IMG/VR virus record: IMGVR_UViG_3300042934_000724
Span: 1 to 56,737 of that record
Direction: 5' to 3' (one strand)
From: a virus
Lineage: Duplodnaviria > Caudoviricetes
Length of the DNA stretch: 56,737 bases
Every line of letters starts with the position of its first letter. Within the stretch, counting starts at the first letter, position 1. Below, piece after piece: positions 1-10,200 of this stretch. Below the pieces are notes generated by a model, which had not been told where the DNA came from, did no database searches, and saw only the letters and a list, made by a program, of their open reading frames with translations. Made by a program: the position numbers and the translations under genes.

Positions 1-27
1 CCCTACAAAGCAATCAAGGAGAAGACC

Positions 28-222
28 ATGCTGATACTCACCCGCAAAGTCGGTGAAAGCATAAACATTGGTGATGACATCACGATCACCATCCTCGGAG
101 TCAGCGGCCAACAGGTTCGCATCGGCATCAACGCTCCGAAAAACGTGGCAGTGCACCGTGAAGAAATTTACCAACGCATCCAGGCTGGCCTGACCGCTCC
201 GGACAAGCCGCAAACGCCCTGA
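28..222 (+). CDS. rsmE: CsrA/RsmA-family RNA-binding regulator, RsmE type (host)
   Basis: 64 aa [25 protein letters not shown]...[19 protein letters not shown] is the Pseudomonas RsmE type; SD aagga/ggag upstream. Confidence 0.9.
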   Translation: MLILTRKVGESINIGDDITITILGVSGQQVRIGINAPKNVAVHREEIYQRIQAGLTAPDKPQTP

Positions 223-441
223 GCCACACTGCATCACGTAGCCAGTCCCTTTGCCGCCGCGCAAGACTGGCTAAAGATTCACGCGCCGTTTAGCCATCCG
301 CATTTCCCCCCGCTGGGCACGGCGCCTGAAGCATGCTGACTGTCTTGATTTGCCCCCTCTAACTCCCTTGCGCCGATATTACCTTTCACTCCTGGAGCTG
401 GCTGTCGGACGTTTCCGATACAGAGCGGAGAATTTCGCCCT

Positions 442-897
442 CTAAGCGAATATCACCCCACGAGCCATGCCTGTGGCCGCGACCATCATCAAAACCAGAA
501 GCAGCGCTTCAACGTGACTGATTCGCGCGTATAACCTCGCCCTTCCGGTATCAAGCGCTGCACCGCGCGAGGATGCGATGCGCCATTTGATCAGGGTGAT
601 CATCGGTGCAAGCTCCATGAGAAGGATCAGCACAAACAGCGTCATCTTCAGATGAAACAGCGGCTGATGCAGGTAATAGTCAGAGCCCTTCTCGTAACCG
701 CCAAACGCACGCATCCCGCCCGTGACCAGCAGTGTCAAAGCCGCAAGTCCCCACAGGTTATCCGCGAGCAGAACCCGCTTGACGTGTTCATGACCCGCCG
801 CGAGCTGGCTGAACGCTCTGCCGCGCGTCAGCACCGCCCAGACAGCCAGGGCAAACGCGAATAGATGAACAGCCGCAAGAACCCACTGACTCAGCAT
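442..897 (-). CDS. DUF2214-like integral membrane protein (host)
   Basis: 151 aa, four hydrophobic helices, ADNLWG and EKGSDYY..PLFHLKM motifs. Confidence 0.7.
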   Translation of the reverse strand: MLSQWVLAAVHLFAFALAVWAVLTRGRAFSQLAAGHEHVKRVLLADNLWGLAALTLLVTGGMRAFGGYEKGSDYYLHQPLFHLKMTLFVLILLMELAPMITLIKWRIASSRGAALDTGRARLYARISHVEALLLVLMMVAATGMARGVIFA

Positions 898-1011
898 CGA
901 CGCACTCCCTTACAAAGAGTTGAATATCGGCAAGTCAGTAGTAGACGAAAAAGCGGGGCCTCGCCTGGAGGTCAGGGAGGGACAGGAGCCAAATGCCAAA
1001 TCGCAGGCAAA

Positions 1012-1050
1012 AAAAATCCCAAGCAGCTGATGGAAGCTTGGGATTTAAAA
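1012..1050 (-). terminator. Probable intrinsic terminator
   Basis: AATCCCAAGC...GCTTGGGATT 10-bp stem with an A-run on its left (U-run on the minus strand). Confidence 0.5.
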
Positions 1051-1294
1051 ATGCATAAACCGTGGTGGTGAACGCGGGATGGATGTTACTTAAATTCACA
1101 ATCACCAACAAGGTTTTTTCGATAGCCGGTTGGGGGAAAAAAGCTGTAAGCCTTTAAATATGCAGGCGTTTTCCACGACGGATCGGAAGCGAAGCGCACC
1201 AGAATGGCGCTTGATCGTTTTGCAGAAACACTAATGAGTGCATAACTGAACAAAGCGGGGCGAAAATTACCAGGAAGAAGCGTTGCGCAAATCG

Positions 1295-1410
1295 CAGACA
1301 ACAAAAAAGGGCTCACCTTTCGGTGAGCCCTTCCAGACCGCCCAGCAGAGCGGATTTTGTTTGGTAGGCGCGATTGGACTCGAACCAACGACCCCCACCA
1401 TGTCAAGGTG
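1295..1410. repeat. Attachment site, left copy: tRNA-Val 3' portion plus terminator
   Basis: Matches 55188-55303 with 2 mismatches; identity ends at TGTCAAGGTG, just past the anticodon loop. Confidence 0.95.
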
Positions 1411-1495
1411 ACCCCGAAACACGCGCAACCTATTGATGGACAAAGGAAACACACCTAAATTTGCAGGTTCGAAAACTGACGTTACCCGCTATAAG

Positions 1496-1508
1496 AATCA
1501 ATAACTTA
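1496..1508 (+). promoter_or_regulatory. IHF-binding site in att arm
   Basis: AATCAATAACTTA fits WATCAANNNNTTR, ~85 bp inside the att repeat. Confidence 0.6.
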
Positions 1509-1602
1509 GCGCTGTATTTTCCTACAGTACTCTGCCATTCCCCGGCGTTCTGCCGATCAAATCTCCCTCTGCTATTCTGGGTTCTTCCATGGAGGACACC
1601 CA

Positions 1603-1812
1603 ATGCCGAACTCAGATCTACTCCCTTCCCTGCTCGCCAAGATCAACGAAAACCAACTTGCCCTTGAAGCCGCCATCATGGAGCTCACCCTTTGGGTAGA
1701 GCAGCGCGGATCAGCCGATGTCGCCGAAAATGTCCGAAGCTCTCTGGCCGCGCTAGATCGGAATGAAGAATTCATCAAAATGACCTTGGCTGTTTTGATG
1801 ACGCCCGACTGA
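1603..1812 (+). CDS. Hypothetical protein (69 aa)
   Basis: GGAGGA SD, helical ORF MPNSDLLPSLL... Confidence 0.7.
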   Translation: MPNSDLLPSLLAKINENQLALEAAIMELTLWVEQRGSADVAENVRSSLAALDRNEEFIKMTLAVLMTPD

Positions 1813-1853
1813 CAGCTCGTCGCCCCACCCTCGCCCGCCGGCACAGCCTCGAT

Positions 1854-1873
1854 TACTGTATATGCAAACAGTA
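1854..1873. promoter_or_regulatory. LexA (SOS) box
   Basis: TACTGTATATGCAAACAGTA = CTG-N10-CAG with TA flanks, 11 bp upstream of the GTG at 1885. Confidence 0.85.
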
Positions 1874-1884
1874 TTCAGTAAGGC

Positions 1885-2256
1885 GTGCCCGTGGACCCCC
1901 TTTATATAGAAGACACCGACGATTGGCTCGGTAACCCGACCCCACTCGAAACCTGCCGGCATCAGCTGCGGATGTATGAGAACGAATTTGAAGCTCTCAC
2001 CCTCAAGCTCGATCGCGCGCTGGCGAATATCGAAGGCCTGGTCAGAGACAATGACGCGCTCACGGAGGAGAGAAACTCTCTCAGGGCAAAGCTTCAGTAC
2101 GCCGAAGGGGCTTTGTTGAGCGAAAAGCGAAGATTCGCCGACGTCGAGCACAACAGAAACCATCTTTTCAATGAAAACCAGCGCCTGTTCAGAGAAGCTC
2201 GAGATCGGGAGGAATTCGCAGGTCATTGCGAATGCTGCACTGAAAAAGGTTTGTGA
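1885..2256 (+). CDS. SOS-regulated coiled-coil hypothetical protein
   Basis: 123 aa, acidic N-terminus, heptad coiled coil, C-terminal HCECC; directly behind the LexA box. Confidence 0.7.
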   Translation: MPVDPLYIEDTDDWLGNPTPLETCRHQLRMYENEFEALTLKLDRALANIEGLVRDNDALTEERNSLRAKLQYAEGALLSEKRRFADVEHNRNHLFNENQRLFREARDREEFAGHCECCTEKGL

Positions 2257-2310
2257 CGAGTCCAGCCCTGGCGGGTCTACGCTGAATCAGATCCAGCCGA
2301 GGACATGGCA

Positions 2311-3009
2311 ATGTGCGGACGACTTTCACAGTACAGCGGAATTCACGACTTTGTGGCGGCGCTGAGCATGCCGAACGCGCTCATCAACTCGACCGGCGAG
2401 CAGCCCTTCGAGCGGTACAACGCCGCGCCAACCACTCAACTGGCTCTCTTCCACCAAGAAGGCCAGTTCCTGCACGCCGACATGGTTCGCTGGGGGTGGC
2501 GCCCGCATTGGGCGAAAGACCGAGCAGCGCCAATCAACGCCCGCGTGGAGAAAGTCGCCCATGGCCCGTTCTTCCGCGCGATCTGGCCGCACCGGGCAAT
2601 CATCGCGATCAACAACTGGTTCGAGTGGGTCGATGAAGGGGAACCGAAGAAGCAGCCCTACCTGATCAGGCACCGGGACCAATCCCCAATCCTGTGCGCA
2701 GCGATCGGCCAATACCCGAACGAGGAGCACGGCCCCGGCGAGCACGACGGCTTTGTGATCATCACCGCCGACAGCGCCGGCGGCATGGTCGATGTTCACG
2801 ACCGGCGCCCTGTTGTTCTGCCGCCAGAGCTTGCCCGCGAATGGCTCGACCAGGCCACGCCAAAAGAACGCGCCGAGCAGATGGTTCTGCATGAGGGCGA
2901 GCCATCGGAGGCGTTCGAATGGTTCAAGGTCGACCGCGCCGTGGGAAATGTCCGCAATCAACAAAGTGGATTGATTAATCCGATCGATGAAAACAGCCGC
3001 ATGAATTAA
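2311..3009 (+). CDS. SOS response-associated peptidase (SRAP/YedK/HMCES family)
   Basis: Starts MCGR (catalytic Cys2); RYNAAPT, INARVE, FEW, HDRRP motifs. Confidence 0.93.
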   Translation: MCGRLSQYSGIHDFVAALSMPNALINSTGEQPFERYNAAPTTQLALFHQEGQFLHADMVRWGWRPHWAKDRAAPINARVEKVAHGPFFRAIWPHRAIIAINNWFEWVDEGEPKKQPYLIRHRDQSPILCAAIGQYPNEEHGPGEHDGFVIITADSAGGMVDVHDRRPVVLPPELAREWLDQATPKERAEQMVLHEGEPSEAFEWFKVDRAVGNVRNQQSGLINPIDENSRMN

Positions 3010-3221
3010 TGCTGCGAGAGTGTTTTCAGGTGCTCCACCAGCGCAGATTCGAAAATGATATAGAGCCTTTCAGCATCGCCAGCGCGCAGGGCGCCGGCGG
3101 TTTCCAGCCCAAGCACGAAGCCTTCTGCCCGTGCGCCCGCCTTTACCGCCGTGATCATCGAATCCGTCCGGACGATCTGCGCCAGCAGGCGATCGGCCTC
3201 TCGCTGCGTTCTGTCGCCCAT
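3006..3221 (-). CDS. Hypothetical protein
   Basis: ~71 aa helical ORF with ARAEGFVLGLE motif, convergent with SRAP. Confidence 0.6.
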   Translation of the reverse strand: MGDRTQREADRLLAQIVRTDSMITAVKAGARAEGFVLGLETAGALRAGDAERLYIIFESALVEHLKTLSQH

Positions 3222-3255
3222 CACTACGCCTTCCACAACGATTCACCCTTTGTAT

Positions 3256-3345
3256 TCACTGCGACATCCAATACATCACTGCCAAGACGACCGTGATCCA
3301 AGCGAGGGTCATCAAAAAAGAAAGCCCTGCGAGTCGTTTGTCCAC
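3256..3345 (-). CDS. 29-aa single-TM peptide (not in ORF track)
   Basis: GTG start; manual translation VDKRLAGLSFLMTLAWITVVLAVMYWMSQ. Confidence 0.4.
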   Translation of the reverse strand: MDKRLAGLSFLMTLAWITVVLAVMYWMSQ

Positions 3346-3417
3346 GTAAATAATGCCATCATCAAAAAGGAATGATGGTTCAGGAGCTGCGCCTTCGCAA
3401 GGCGTGGCGGAGGGCCA

Positions 3418-3921
3418 TCAATGTTGCAAGTTTCGCACATAGTCCTGGCACGCCTGTAGCGCGATCAGTCCACGGTCGCCGGTGTCGGTGATGGCGATAA
3501 TTCTTTGAGCATGCGCCGGGTCAAGTCGGGCTCGTACGGTTGCATGATCCACGCCGCCGGCGCCGGTGGCTTTTGGCACGTCACAGCCACCGGCTGAATC
3601 CGCGTCGATGAGGACTGACAGCCGCAGATCAGCAGTGGCAAGGCGATCGCGCAGGCGATCTTGGTCACGTTGTGCATCGCTCAATTTCCTGTAATGGGTT
3701 TGCTCACTGGCCGCCAGCTTCTGCTCGAGCACCAGACGCTTGTCCTGCTCGGCCTTCTGCGCCTCGGCGCCGGCGGTTGCGAGCTGGTTCAGCGTTTCGC
3801 CGTGCAATCTGGTTTGCTCCGCGAGCTGCCGGCCGTAGCGCCAGTCCTGGAACTGCCAGGCACTGCCGAAGCCGGCAAGCACCAGCACCACCACGCCGAC
3901 CAACCGCCACGGCACAGTCAC
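3418..3921 (-). CDS. i-spanin (Rz-like), distal lysis cassette
   Basis: N-terminal TM, coiled coil; GTGA overlap with the endolysin stop. Confidence 0.85.
   Translation of the reverse strand: MTVPWRLVGVVVLVLAGFGSAWQFQDWRYGRQLAEQTRLHGETLNQLATAGAEAQKAEQDKRLVLEQKLAASEQTHYRKLSDAQRDQDRLRDRLATADLRLSVLIDADSAGGCDVPKATGAGGVDHATVRARLDPAHAQRIIAITDTGDRGLIALQACQDYVRNLQH
3465..3677 (-). CDS. o-spanin (Rz1-like lipoprotein) embedded in Rz
   Basis: Lipobox LICGC; CQKPPAPAAWIMQP resembles the lambda Rz1 proline-rich PPAWIMQP segment; alternate frame inside the i-spanin. Confidence 0.8.
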   Translation of the reverse strand: MHNVTKIACAIALPLLICGCQSSSTRIQPVAVTCQKPPAPAAWIMQPYEPDLTRRMLKELSPSPTPATVD

Positions 3922-4451
3922 GCCAGCACCGCCCGCGCCTTCTTCCACAGCGCCAGCCGATCCGCCAAGCCGTTCAGGCCGCCGTTAATCCTCCGAGTGA
4001 TGGTGTTGAACTCGTCTCGGTCGGCAAAATCGTTCAGGCCCTTCTGTTTCCAGAACCACGCCGCCGACATCGCGGCATGCTGAGGCAGTTCGAGCAGCTC
4101 AGGGTGATTGATCAGGTCAAGGCCCAGCGCCTCGCCGCACTTGGCGTAGTTCGCCCGCCCGGTAATCTGGAGCAGGCCGCGCCCGCAATACTTCCGGCCG
4201 TCACCGGGCACGGTGTTGCCCAGGTCATCGCGACCCTCGTACCCGCGCTGGGCAGCGGTCGGCCCCCAGATCTCGCGGACGTAACGCAGATGGCCGGACT
4301 CATACCCGATTTGTGCGAGGAATGCGGCGGCGCGCTTCGGACCGACAATCTGGTAATGCTGCATGGCGGTGTTCAAAGCGGAAACAAAAACGCCCGCTTG
4401 GGTGCGGGCGTTCGGGAGGATCTGCAGCAGCTGCTGCTGGGTGATCGGCAT
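3918..4451 (-). CDS. Endolysin, glycoside hydrolase family 19
   Basis: FLAQIGYESG, GRGLLQITGRANY, SAAWFW, ITRRINGG motifs. Confidence 0.93.
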   Translation of the reverse strand: MPITQQQLLQILPNARTQAGVFVSALNTAMQHYQIVGPKRAAAFLAQIGYESGHLRYVREIWGPTAAQRGYEGRDDLGNTVPGDGRKYCGRGLLQITGRANYAKCGEALGLDLINHPELLELPQHAAMSAAWFWKQKGLNDFADRDEFNTITRRINGGLNGLADRLALWKKARAVLA

Positions 4452-4508
4452 GGCTTTCTCCAAGCAAAAAAATACCCGCTAGATGGCGGGCGGGATTCCG
4501 TGACGATG

Positions 4509-4931
4509 TCAGATTGAAGGCGCGGCGCGCGCCACAGTTGTCTCTTCGTTGTATGGCTCCGGCTGTTCAGGCCATGCCGGCTGCGTTGGCCAGACCGGAA
4601 GACCGGTCACGCGCCCGAGCAGAACTCGGTACTTCTTCCATTCGGCGAGCGCTGATACCCGCACCGGTTTTTCTTCGACTTCTTCCGGAAGCGCGTAATC
4701 GCCCTCGATGGCATCGTTGATCGCATCGATCCGGCTTTGCAGTGCGGATATTTGCGCGGTTGCCAGACGGGTGCGTGAGTTGAGCATGGCGGATGTTTCA
4801 CGCAAAAAATCTTGCGCGACGATCGCGTCAATCAGCTCCTGCGGAATCTCGTCGACGTAAGTCTCGCCAACCATCAAATCCATATCGGGATTGATGGCCC
4901 GCCAGCCTGTTGCAGTAATCGCGTAGGGCAT
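4509..4931 (-). CDS. Tail fibre assembly chaperone
   Basis: C-terminal WKKYRVLL.RV...WP.QP typical of Tfa; follows the fibre gene. Confidence 0.8.
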   Translation of the reverse strand: MPYAITATGWRAINPDMDLMVGETYVDEIPQELIDAIVAQDFLRETSAMLNSRTRLATAQISALQSRIDAINDAIEGDYALPEEVEEKPVRVSALAEWKKYRVLLGRVTGLPVWPTQPAWPEQPEPYNEETTVARAAPSI

Positions 4932-4934
4932 ATT

Positions 4935-6197
4935 TCACCTATCAAAGTAGTAACCAAGGCCATAACAATTGGCGTTCCCGCCACCGTTTCCCTTGTAGGT
5001 AATCGTGCCATCGCTAGCGATTGGGCATCGGCCGTTGAAAATCGTGTTTGGCCCAACGAATACCATCCAGCCCGTGTTGATGTTCGTTCCTGCATCCGAG
5101 GGCGTGAACTGAACCGCAGCAGTGCCAACGTTCTGCCAGGCGCCTTCCAGCGTATGAGCAGTGACTGGCGCTATCGGCCGAATGGTGAATGCGGCAATTG
5201 AGGTTCCAGCACTCAGCAGTCGGAAGGGGGCTCCCTGCGGGTTGGCCACTGTGTACATCATCGAACCATCCAGCGGACGGTGTACAAACTGGTAAGCCCC
5301 CAGGGCATTTGTATTTATCAGAATGGAACCGATGTATCTGCGAGTGTTATCACCGGTCTTTTGAAAGGCCTGGTTGTAATAGCGCACTGGGGCGTCTAGC
5401 GATTGGTCAATGGTTCCAGCATCCGTCAGATAAAGATGCACAAAGGAATTCACTTCTACCACCCCTCTCGGAGTGATATTGGCGCCGGGGTAGGTGACCA
5501 CCTTTCCTACGGACGGGACGTATGCACTGCCCGCGCGGATAGCGATGCTTGTGCCTGAAGACCAGACGAGCGTCAGGCCTTCGATGAAACCGAACGCGCC
5601 ACCTATCCCGCCCTGCTCGCGCGCGAGAGGAGTGGTCAGGCCAGTGATAGAAGTGATGTCGCTGTTCGCGCCCTTCGCCGCCTTCGATGTTGCCTGAGAC
5701 TGCAGCTTGCCCAACGCAGTAAGGACTGTGTCAGCAGCCGCAATCGCAGCCGGGGTGCCGGGAATGGAAAGCCCGGTCAAGGCAGCCAAGCGAACACGGG
5801 CATCGGTGAAATACTTGTTGGTCGCCCCCTCCGCCAGGCCATCCGTATTTGTCAGCCCCAATGAGGCGCGGACACCAGCAAGGGTTGGGTCTTCGCCCAA
5901 GACAGCCAACACACCTCCGAACTGATTCTTCAAACCGTTGAAAGCGTCGGCCAGTAGTTTCGGATAGCCCTGCACCGGCATGATCGCGTACGCAGATCCG
6001 CTTACGGTAGCGCCTTTATATGCGGGGATGATCGATAGCTGGGTCGGACTGGCGATGTTGCCGATCTCATAATTGAGTCCATCAGGCCCGACGAACGCGT
6101 CGCCCACCCGAGCATTGGCCACAAAATCGGCGTTCGTCCCTACGACAGTCGTTGATCCGCTGGTGACGGCGACTGTTCCCCCTCGGAGCCAAGGCAT
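4935..6197 (-). CDS. Side tail fibre protein
   Basis: MPWLRGGTVAVT..VGDAFVGPDG N-terminus and GANSDITSITGL repeat typical of Pseudomonas phage/F-pyocin fibres. Confidence 0.85.
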   Translation of the reverse strand: MPWLRGGTVAVTSGSTTVVGTNADFVANARVGDAFVGPDGLNYEIGNIASPTQLSIIPAYKGATVSGSAYAIMPVQGYPKLLADAFNGLKNQFGGVLAVLGEDPTLAGVRASLGLTNTDGLAEGATNKYFTDARVRLAALTGLSIPGTPAAIAAADTVLTALGKLQSQATSKAAKGANSDITSITGLTTPLAREQGGIGGAFGFIEGLTLVWSSGTSIAIRAGSAYVPSVGKVVTYPGANITPRGVVEVNSFVHLYLTDAGTIDQSLDAPVRYYNQAFQKTGDNTRRYIGSILINTNALGAYQFVHRPLDGSMMYTVANPQGAPFRLLSAGTSIAAFTIRPIAPVTAHTLEGAWQNVGTAAVQFTPSDAGTNINTGWMVFVGPNTIFNGRCPIASDGTITYKGNGGGNANCYGLGYYFDR

Positions 6198-6253
6198 GGT
6201 GTGTCCTTTTTTGGTCGAAAAAAAACCCGCTCATCGGCGGGCTGTGTGTTGGT

Positions 6254-6979
6254 TTAAAGCGCGCGCATCGGCCTGGCGGCAAACGTGGTCCTGCCGTTCT
6301 TGGCAGTGCCACCCTCGGAACTGACCATCGCCCCCACATAACCGTTGAGTGTTGAGCGCACACCCGCATGAAAGCCGCAGGGAGTCTCGAGGATTGTGTT
6401 GCCGTTATTGATCTTCCCGCCCAGCAAAGTGGAGGCGAGAAAATAATCCTCGTAGGACCCGGTCCACGGCATCTGGCACCCACTCCAGTAGATGCCCGAC
6501 ACTTCGCCTCCCCTGTTGTCCAGCGACCAGCCCTCGTTGATCGGGAATCCTGTCAGGACCAGAAGGTTGTCCGCTCCCACGAAGATTTGCTCATTGGCTG
6601 CGTTGCGCAGCCGCAAATCATATTCATTCGGGGGCGAGGTCGAGCGGAAAGTCGCAACCAGCCACTTACCGCTGCAGTCCGTGCTGTTGAACGGCGCCAT
6701 CAAGTGAAGCTTGAAAGCAAACCCCGTCCAGTTCCCCGGGCCACCCGAGTGAATCAGCGAGTGGTACATGCCGTGATTCGTCGGGTTGAGGAAAACATGT
6801 GGCGCTTCGGCGGTGGTGATCGGCGACGAATACGTGATGACGGCAGTAGTGATCGTTGTCGGCGAAGCGGGTGTTTTACCTATTGCGTAGTTACCTGATG
6901 CCGCGACGTTCAAAACCTTGTTTTCGCTATCGATCTGAAAAAAGTTCGACCCGTTTCGCGACCGGAACCCGTAGTCCAT
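6254..6979 (-). CDS. Tail-associated protein
   Basis: MDYG..N..QID start, beta-rich, lies between J and the fibre. Confidence 0.65.
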   Translation of the reverse strand: MDYGFRSRNGSNFFQIDSENKVLNVAASGNYAIGKTPASPTTITTAVITYSSPITTAEAPHVFLNPTNHGMYHSLIHSGGPGNWTGFAFKLHLMAPFNSTDCSGKWLVATFRSTSPPNEYDLRLRNAANEQIFVGADNLLVLTGFPINEGWSLDNRGGEVSGIYWSGCQMPWTGSYEDYFLASTLLGGKINNGNTILETPCGFHAGVRSTLNGYVGAMVSSEGGTAKNGRTTFAARPMRAL

Positions 6980-6987
6980 GCTCGCTC

Positions 6988-7284
6988 CTATTGGTATGTC
7001 AGGATGAAAACGTTGAGTACCACCCCCGGCCCACGCCGCACCCTTAACTGCCCCGTCGACCAGAAAACGGCAGGCAAGGCCGCGAATTCATTGGTCGGAT
7101 TGGGCAAAGTTACGCAGACGAACGACTTCGCGGTGATCTCCGGCATGCTGATAAAGCTGGTGAAGTCGCTGGTGATCGGAGGAACGGTGACCTGTTTTGT
7201 CACGACTGATCGAACGGTCATCGTCGATGACTCCAGCGTCACCCTTCCCATGGCGTCCTTCGTCCTCGCGCCGTAGTAATCCAT
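6988..7284 (-). CDS. Tail-associated small protein
   Basis: MDYYGART.D..G start; coupled to the J stop codon. Confidence 0.65.
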   Translation of the reverse strand: MDYYGARTKDAMGRVTLESSTMTVRSVVTKQVTVPPITSDFTSFISMPEITAKSFVCVTLPNPTNEFAALPAVFWSTGQLRVRRGPGVVLNVFILTYQ

Positions 7285-10200
7285 TACGTCATCTTCCCGA
7301 GCGCTGCGCGCTCGATGTAGTTGAGGTCGTAGACGTAGATACCGTTGTTGTTGAGCAGCGTATAGCCGCTGTCGGACTGACCACGTAGCGTGAACGTCCC
7401 TGCCGGAATGTTGATCTCCAGAAGCGGCAGGCCCTGATTGTTCAGCGCTGCTGACCGCAGCGTCATGCCGAGCACCAACTCCTTGATGAAGGCCTGGCTG
7501 ATGATTGCCGTATTCATGAATACCTGGCCGCCCTGAACCACGAACGGCGCGATCATCTGCCCGCTGACCTCATCCAGAATCGCAAAGCGCTGCGCGAACG
7601 CGAGGATCTGCGACTCCTGCAGCTCGCCATCTACGCCAATGGCCAAGCCAGCCATGACGGTTCTTCCGCCCACCGTGGTGGATGTCTTGATCGTTGTCAG
7701 CGCCGAAACCTTACCGTTCAAGCCAGCAACAACGGTGCTGGCAGTCTCGGCTTTCGCTGTGGCATCGCTGGTTTTGGCGGTCAAGGTGTCGATTTTCTGG
7801 GCTGTCGCCTCCTTGTCGGTCGCTACAGCCGTCGCCAGAGAAGTGACATTGGCAGCGTTGGTTTCCACGGCCGCATCAAGCGTCGTGATTCTGGTAGCAG
7901 ACGCTCGGTTTTCCTCCGCCCTCACCTTGTCATTGGTCACGATACTGGCTGTGTTTTCCCAGCCGTGAAGCGCATCGGCCATTGCACCGGTTCCATCATC
8001 TTCACGCCAGGCAGCCTGCAGCGCTTGCATCGTCGATGCCTGCGCCGAGACCTTGCCATCGAGGGTTTCGATCTGTGTGCTGTGTTGCTGAACCTGCAAG
8101 GCCAAAGCATTGGTGGTCTCAGCAATCGTCCCCATGTCATACCAGAACTCGGGGTTCGGAGGTGCCGTGCCGGCCGGTACAGCCTTGATCGCCGAAAACA
8201 GGCGACCATCGAGCCTAACCACTTCACCTTTGCCATACGGCTTCGCCGGGTCATAAACCATGGCATCGGTAATTTCACCGATCAGCTCTTCCAGTTCCTG
8301 CTTGGCCTGTTCGATCCGGTCGTTGACCGAGCCCTCCCCATCACCCGAGATCTTCCCGATTTCCTCCAGCAATTTCTGGCCGAGCGCGGACTCCTGGATC
8401 TTGCCGAGGAAGTACAGCTCGTACTCGGCCTGGTCAATACTCACCTGCCCATTGACCCCGTTCACCGCTGGAAACCACGGACCAACGTTGCCGGTTCGGT
8501 CGACCAGACGCGCCCAGAAAAACAGGCTGGTACCGGGGACGACGTTCTGCATTTCGTGGTTTGCCTGTGGGTAGGCAAAGTCTGCCAACTTCACGGCAGC
8601 GGCGAGGTCGTTGGTCTTGCTGTTCCAAATCTCGGTGCGCTGAGTATCTTCCGCACCAGGTGGAAAACCCCACTCAAGGCCGATACCGTAGACCTTGCTG
8701 ACGGTACGCAGGAATGAGACCGCCGGTGGCAAGCCCTCCTTGCCTTTCAGGTTTGTCAGGATCGAGTTGCGCCAGATCGACGAGATGTCGAACGCGCTCA
8801 CCGCACGAACTCGAGCCACATAGGCGCCTGCGTAGATGCCGACCACGTCCACGTTGGTCATGCCAGTGCGTTGCAGCTTGATCCAGTTGCCGCTGTCCTT
8901 GCGCCATTCGACGTCGTAGCCGACCGCGCCATCTACGGCTGGCCAGCTGATGGTCATGGTGGCCACGGCCAGACCCTGCACCACCGATGAAGTCGACGAC
9001 AGCGTAACGCTAGCCGGCGCCGGAACAACGGTGATTGGGATAACGCTGATTGGGCGTTCTTCCAGACGTGCGCCAGTGTCGATGAAAGCAAACTTGCTCG
9101 GCTCGAACTGAAGCGCGCTGATTTCATAGTCACCCTCGGTGGTGCGCTTGGTGCGCAGCACGCGATACAGCGGGATTGCTAGATCGTCCGCGTCGAGCGC
9201 CCATTGCAACTGCGCCACCGGCGGTTCGCTGTAGGCAACTGTGACGGTCACGGATCGGCCGTTGACGCTCTGCACGGTCCGACCTTCGGCGCGGCCGCCC
9301 GGCAGGTTGATGATCAATCGATCCCCGGCCTTGGCCAGGGTGTCTCGATCGAGCGTTACCACCTTCCCTGCAACTGCCGAGATCCGTCCGCCCACCTCAC
9401 GACCAGCCAACAGCGAATCAGCCACTGGGATGATATGCCCAGGCAGCGGGATCACGCCTTCCATGCCTGTCTTGAACGAGACGGTGCGGTCTTGGTTGTT
9501 GCTGAGGATCGCCCACTTGCCACGGCGCTGAGCCTCGGAGGCGCGGGTGCAGCCAATGGCGCTCAGCTCAGTCGGCCGGTCGCCGTATCGGCGTTGCAGA
9601 TCCAGGTCGGCGAATGGGATAACGTCGGTGTCGTAGTTGTTCGCCGGGTTGTCGTAGCTGACCAGCGCCCGGGTGTAACGGGTCTTCGCCGAGGCACTGC
9701 CGTAGGAGAACTTGCCGTCGATCACGTTGGACCGGGTGAAGACATAATCGAAGTCCTGCGCGCGCGGCATGTCCGCCTGCATCACCAGCTGGCCCTGCGC
9801 CCAGTACGTCATGCCCCGGTAAATGGCCGAGATATCACGCAGCAGCGACCAGGCATCAGCCTTGCCCTGCAGGTTCATGTCGCAGAGAAAGCGCGGTTCC
9901 TGCCCGCCCAGGCCGTTCGGTACCAGCTGATCGCAGTACTGGGCGATGCGGTACAGCTCCCACTTGTCGACCATGAACGGCTTGATACGCTTGCCCAGGC
10001 CGAACCGGTCTTCGGTGCAGATGCCGTAGGTGATCCACGCTGGGTTATTGGTCCAGGCCGATTTCATCGAGCCATCCCACGTCCCGGTGTAGGTGCGGGC
10101 GATCGGGTCGTAGTTGCTCGGGACCATCCAGCGGCGGGCCTTGCACTTTACGGTAACCGCTGGAATGTTGGTGAACTGCTCGGCGTCGAATTCGATGTAG

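Noticed and set aside
28-222. rsmE as phage cargo
   Set aside because: Lies outside the att repeat; host gene
1012-1260. Host sRNA ending at the 1012-1050 terminator
   Set aside because: No recognisable family or clear promoter; cannot be supported from sequence alone
1362-1410. Second tRNA-Val gene
   Set aside because: Only the 3' 49 nt are present; it is the att duplication
4528-4565. Further copies of the 40-bp palindrome (CGCGCCAC near 4528; GTGGCGCG near 33131)
   Set aside because: Single arms without a partner at 20-bp spacing
4935-6197. Tail-fibre diversification (DGR or invertible cassette)
   Set aside because: No reverse transcriptase, invertase or duplicated template region seen in the window
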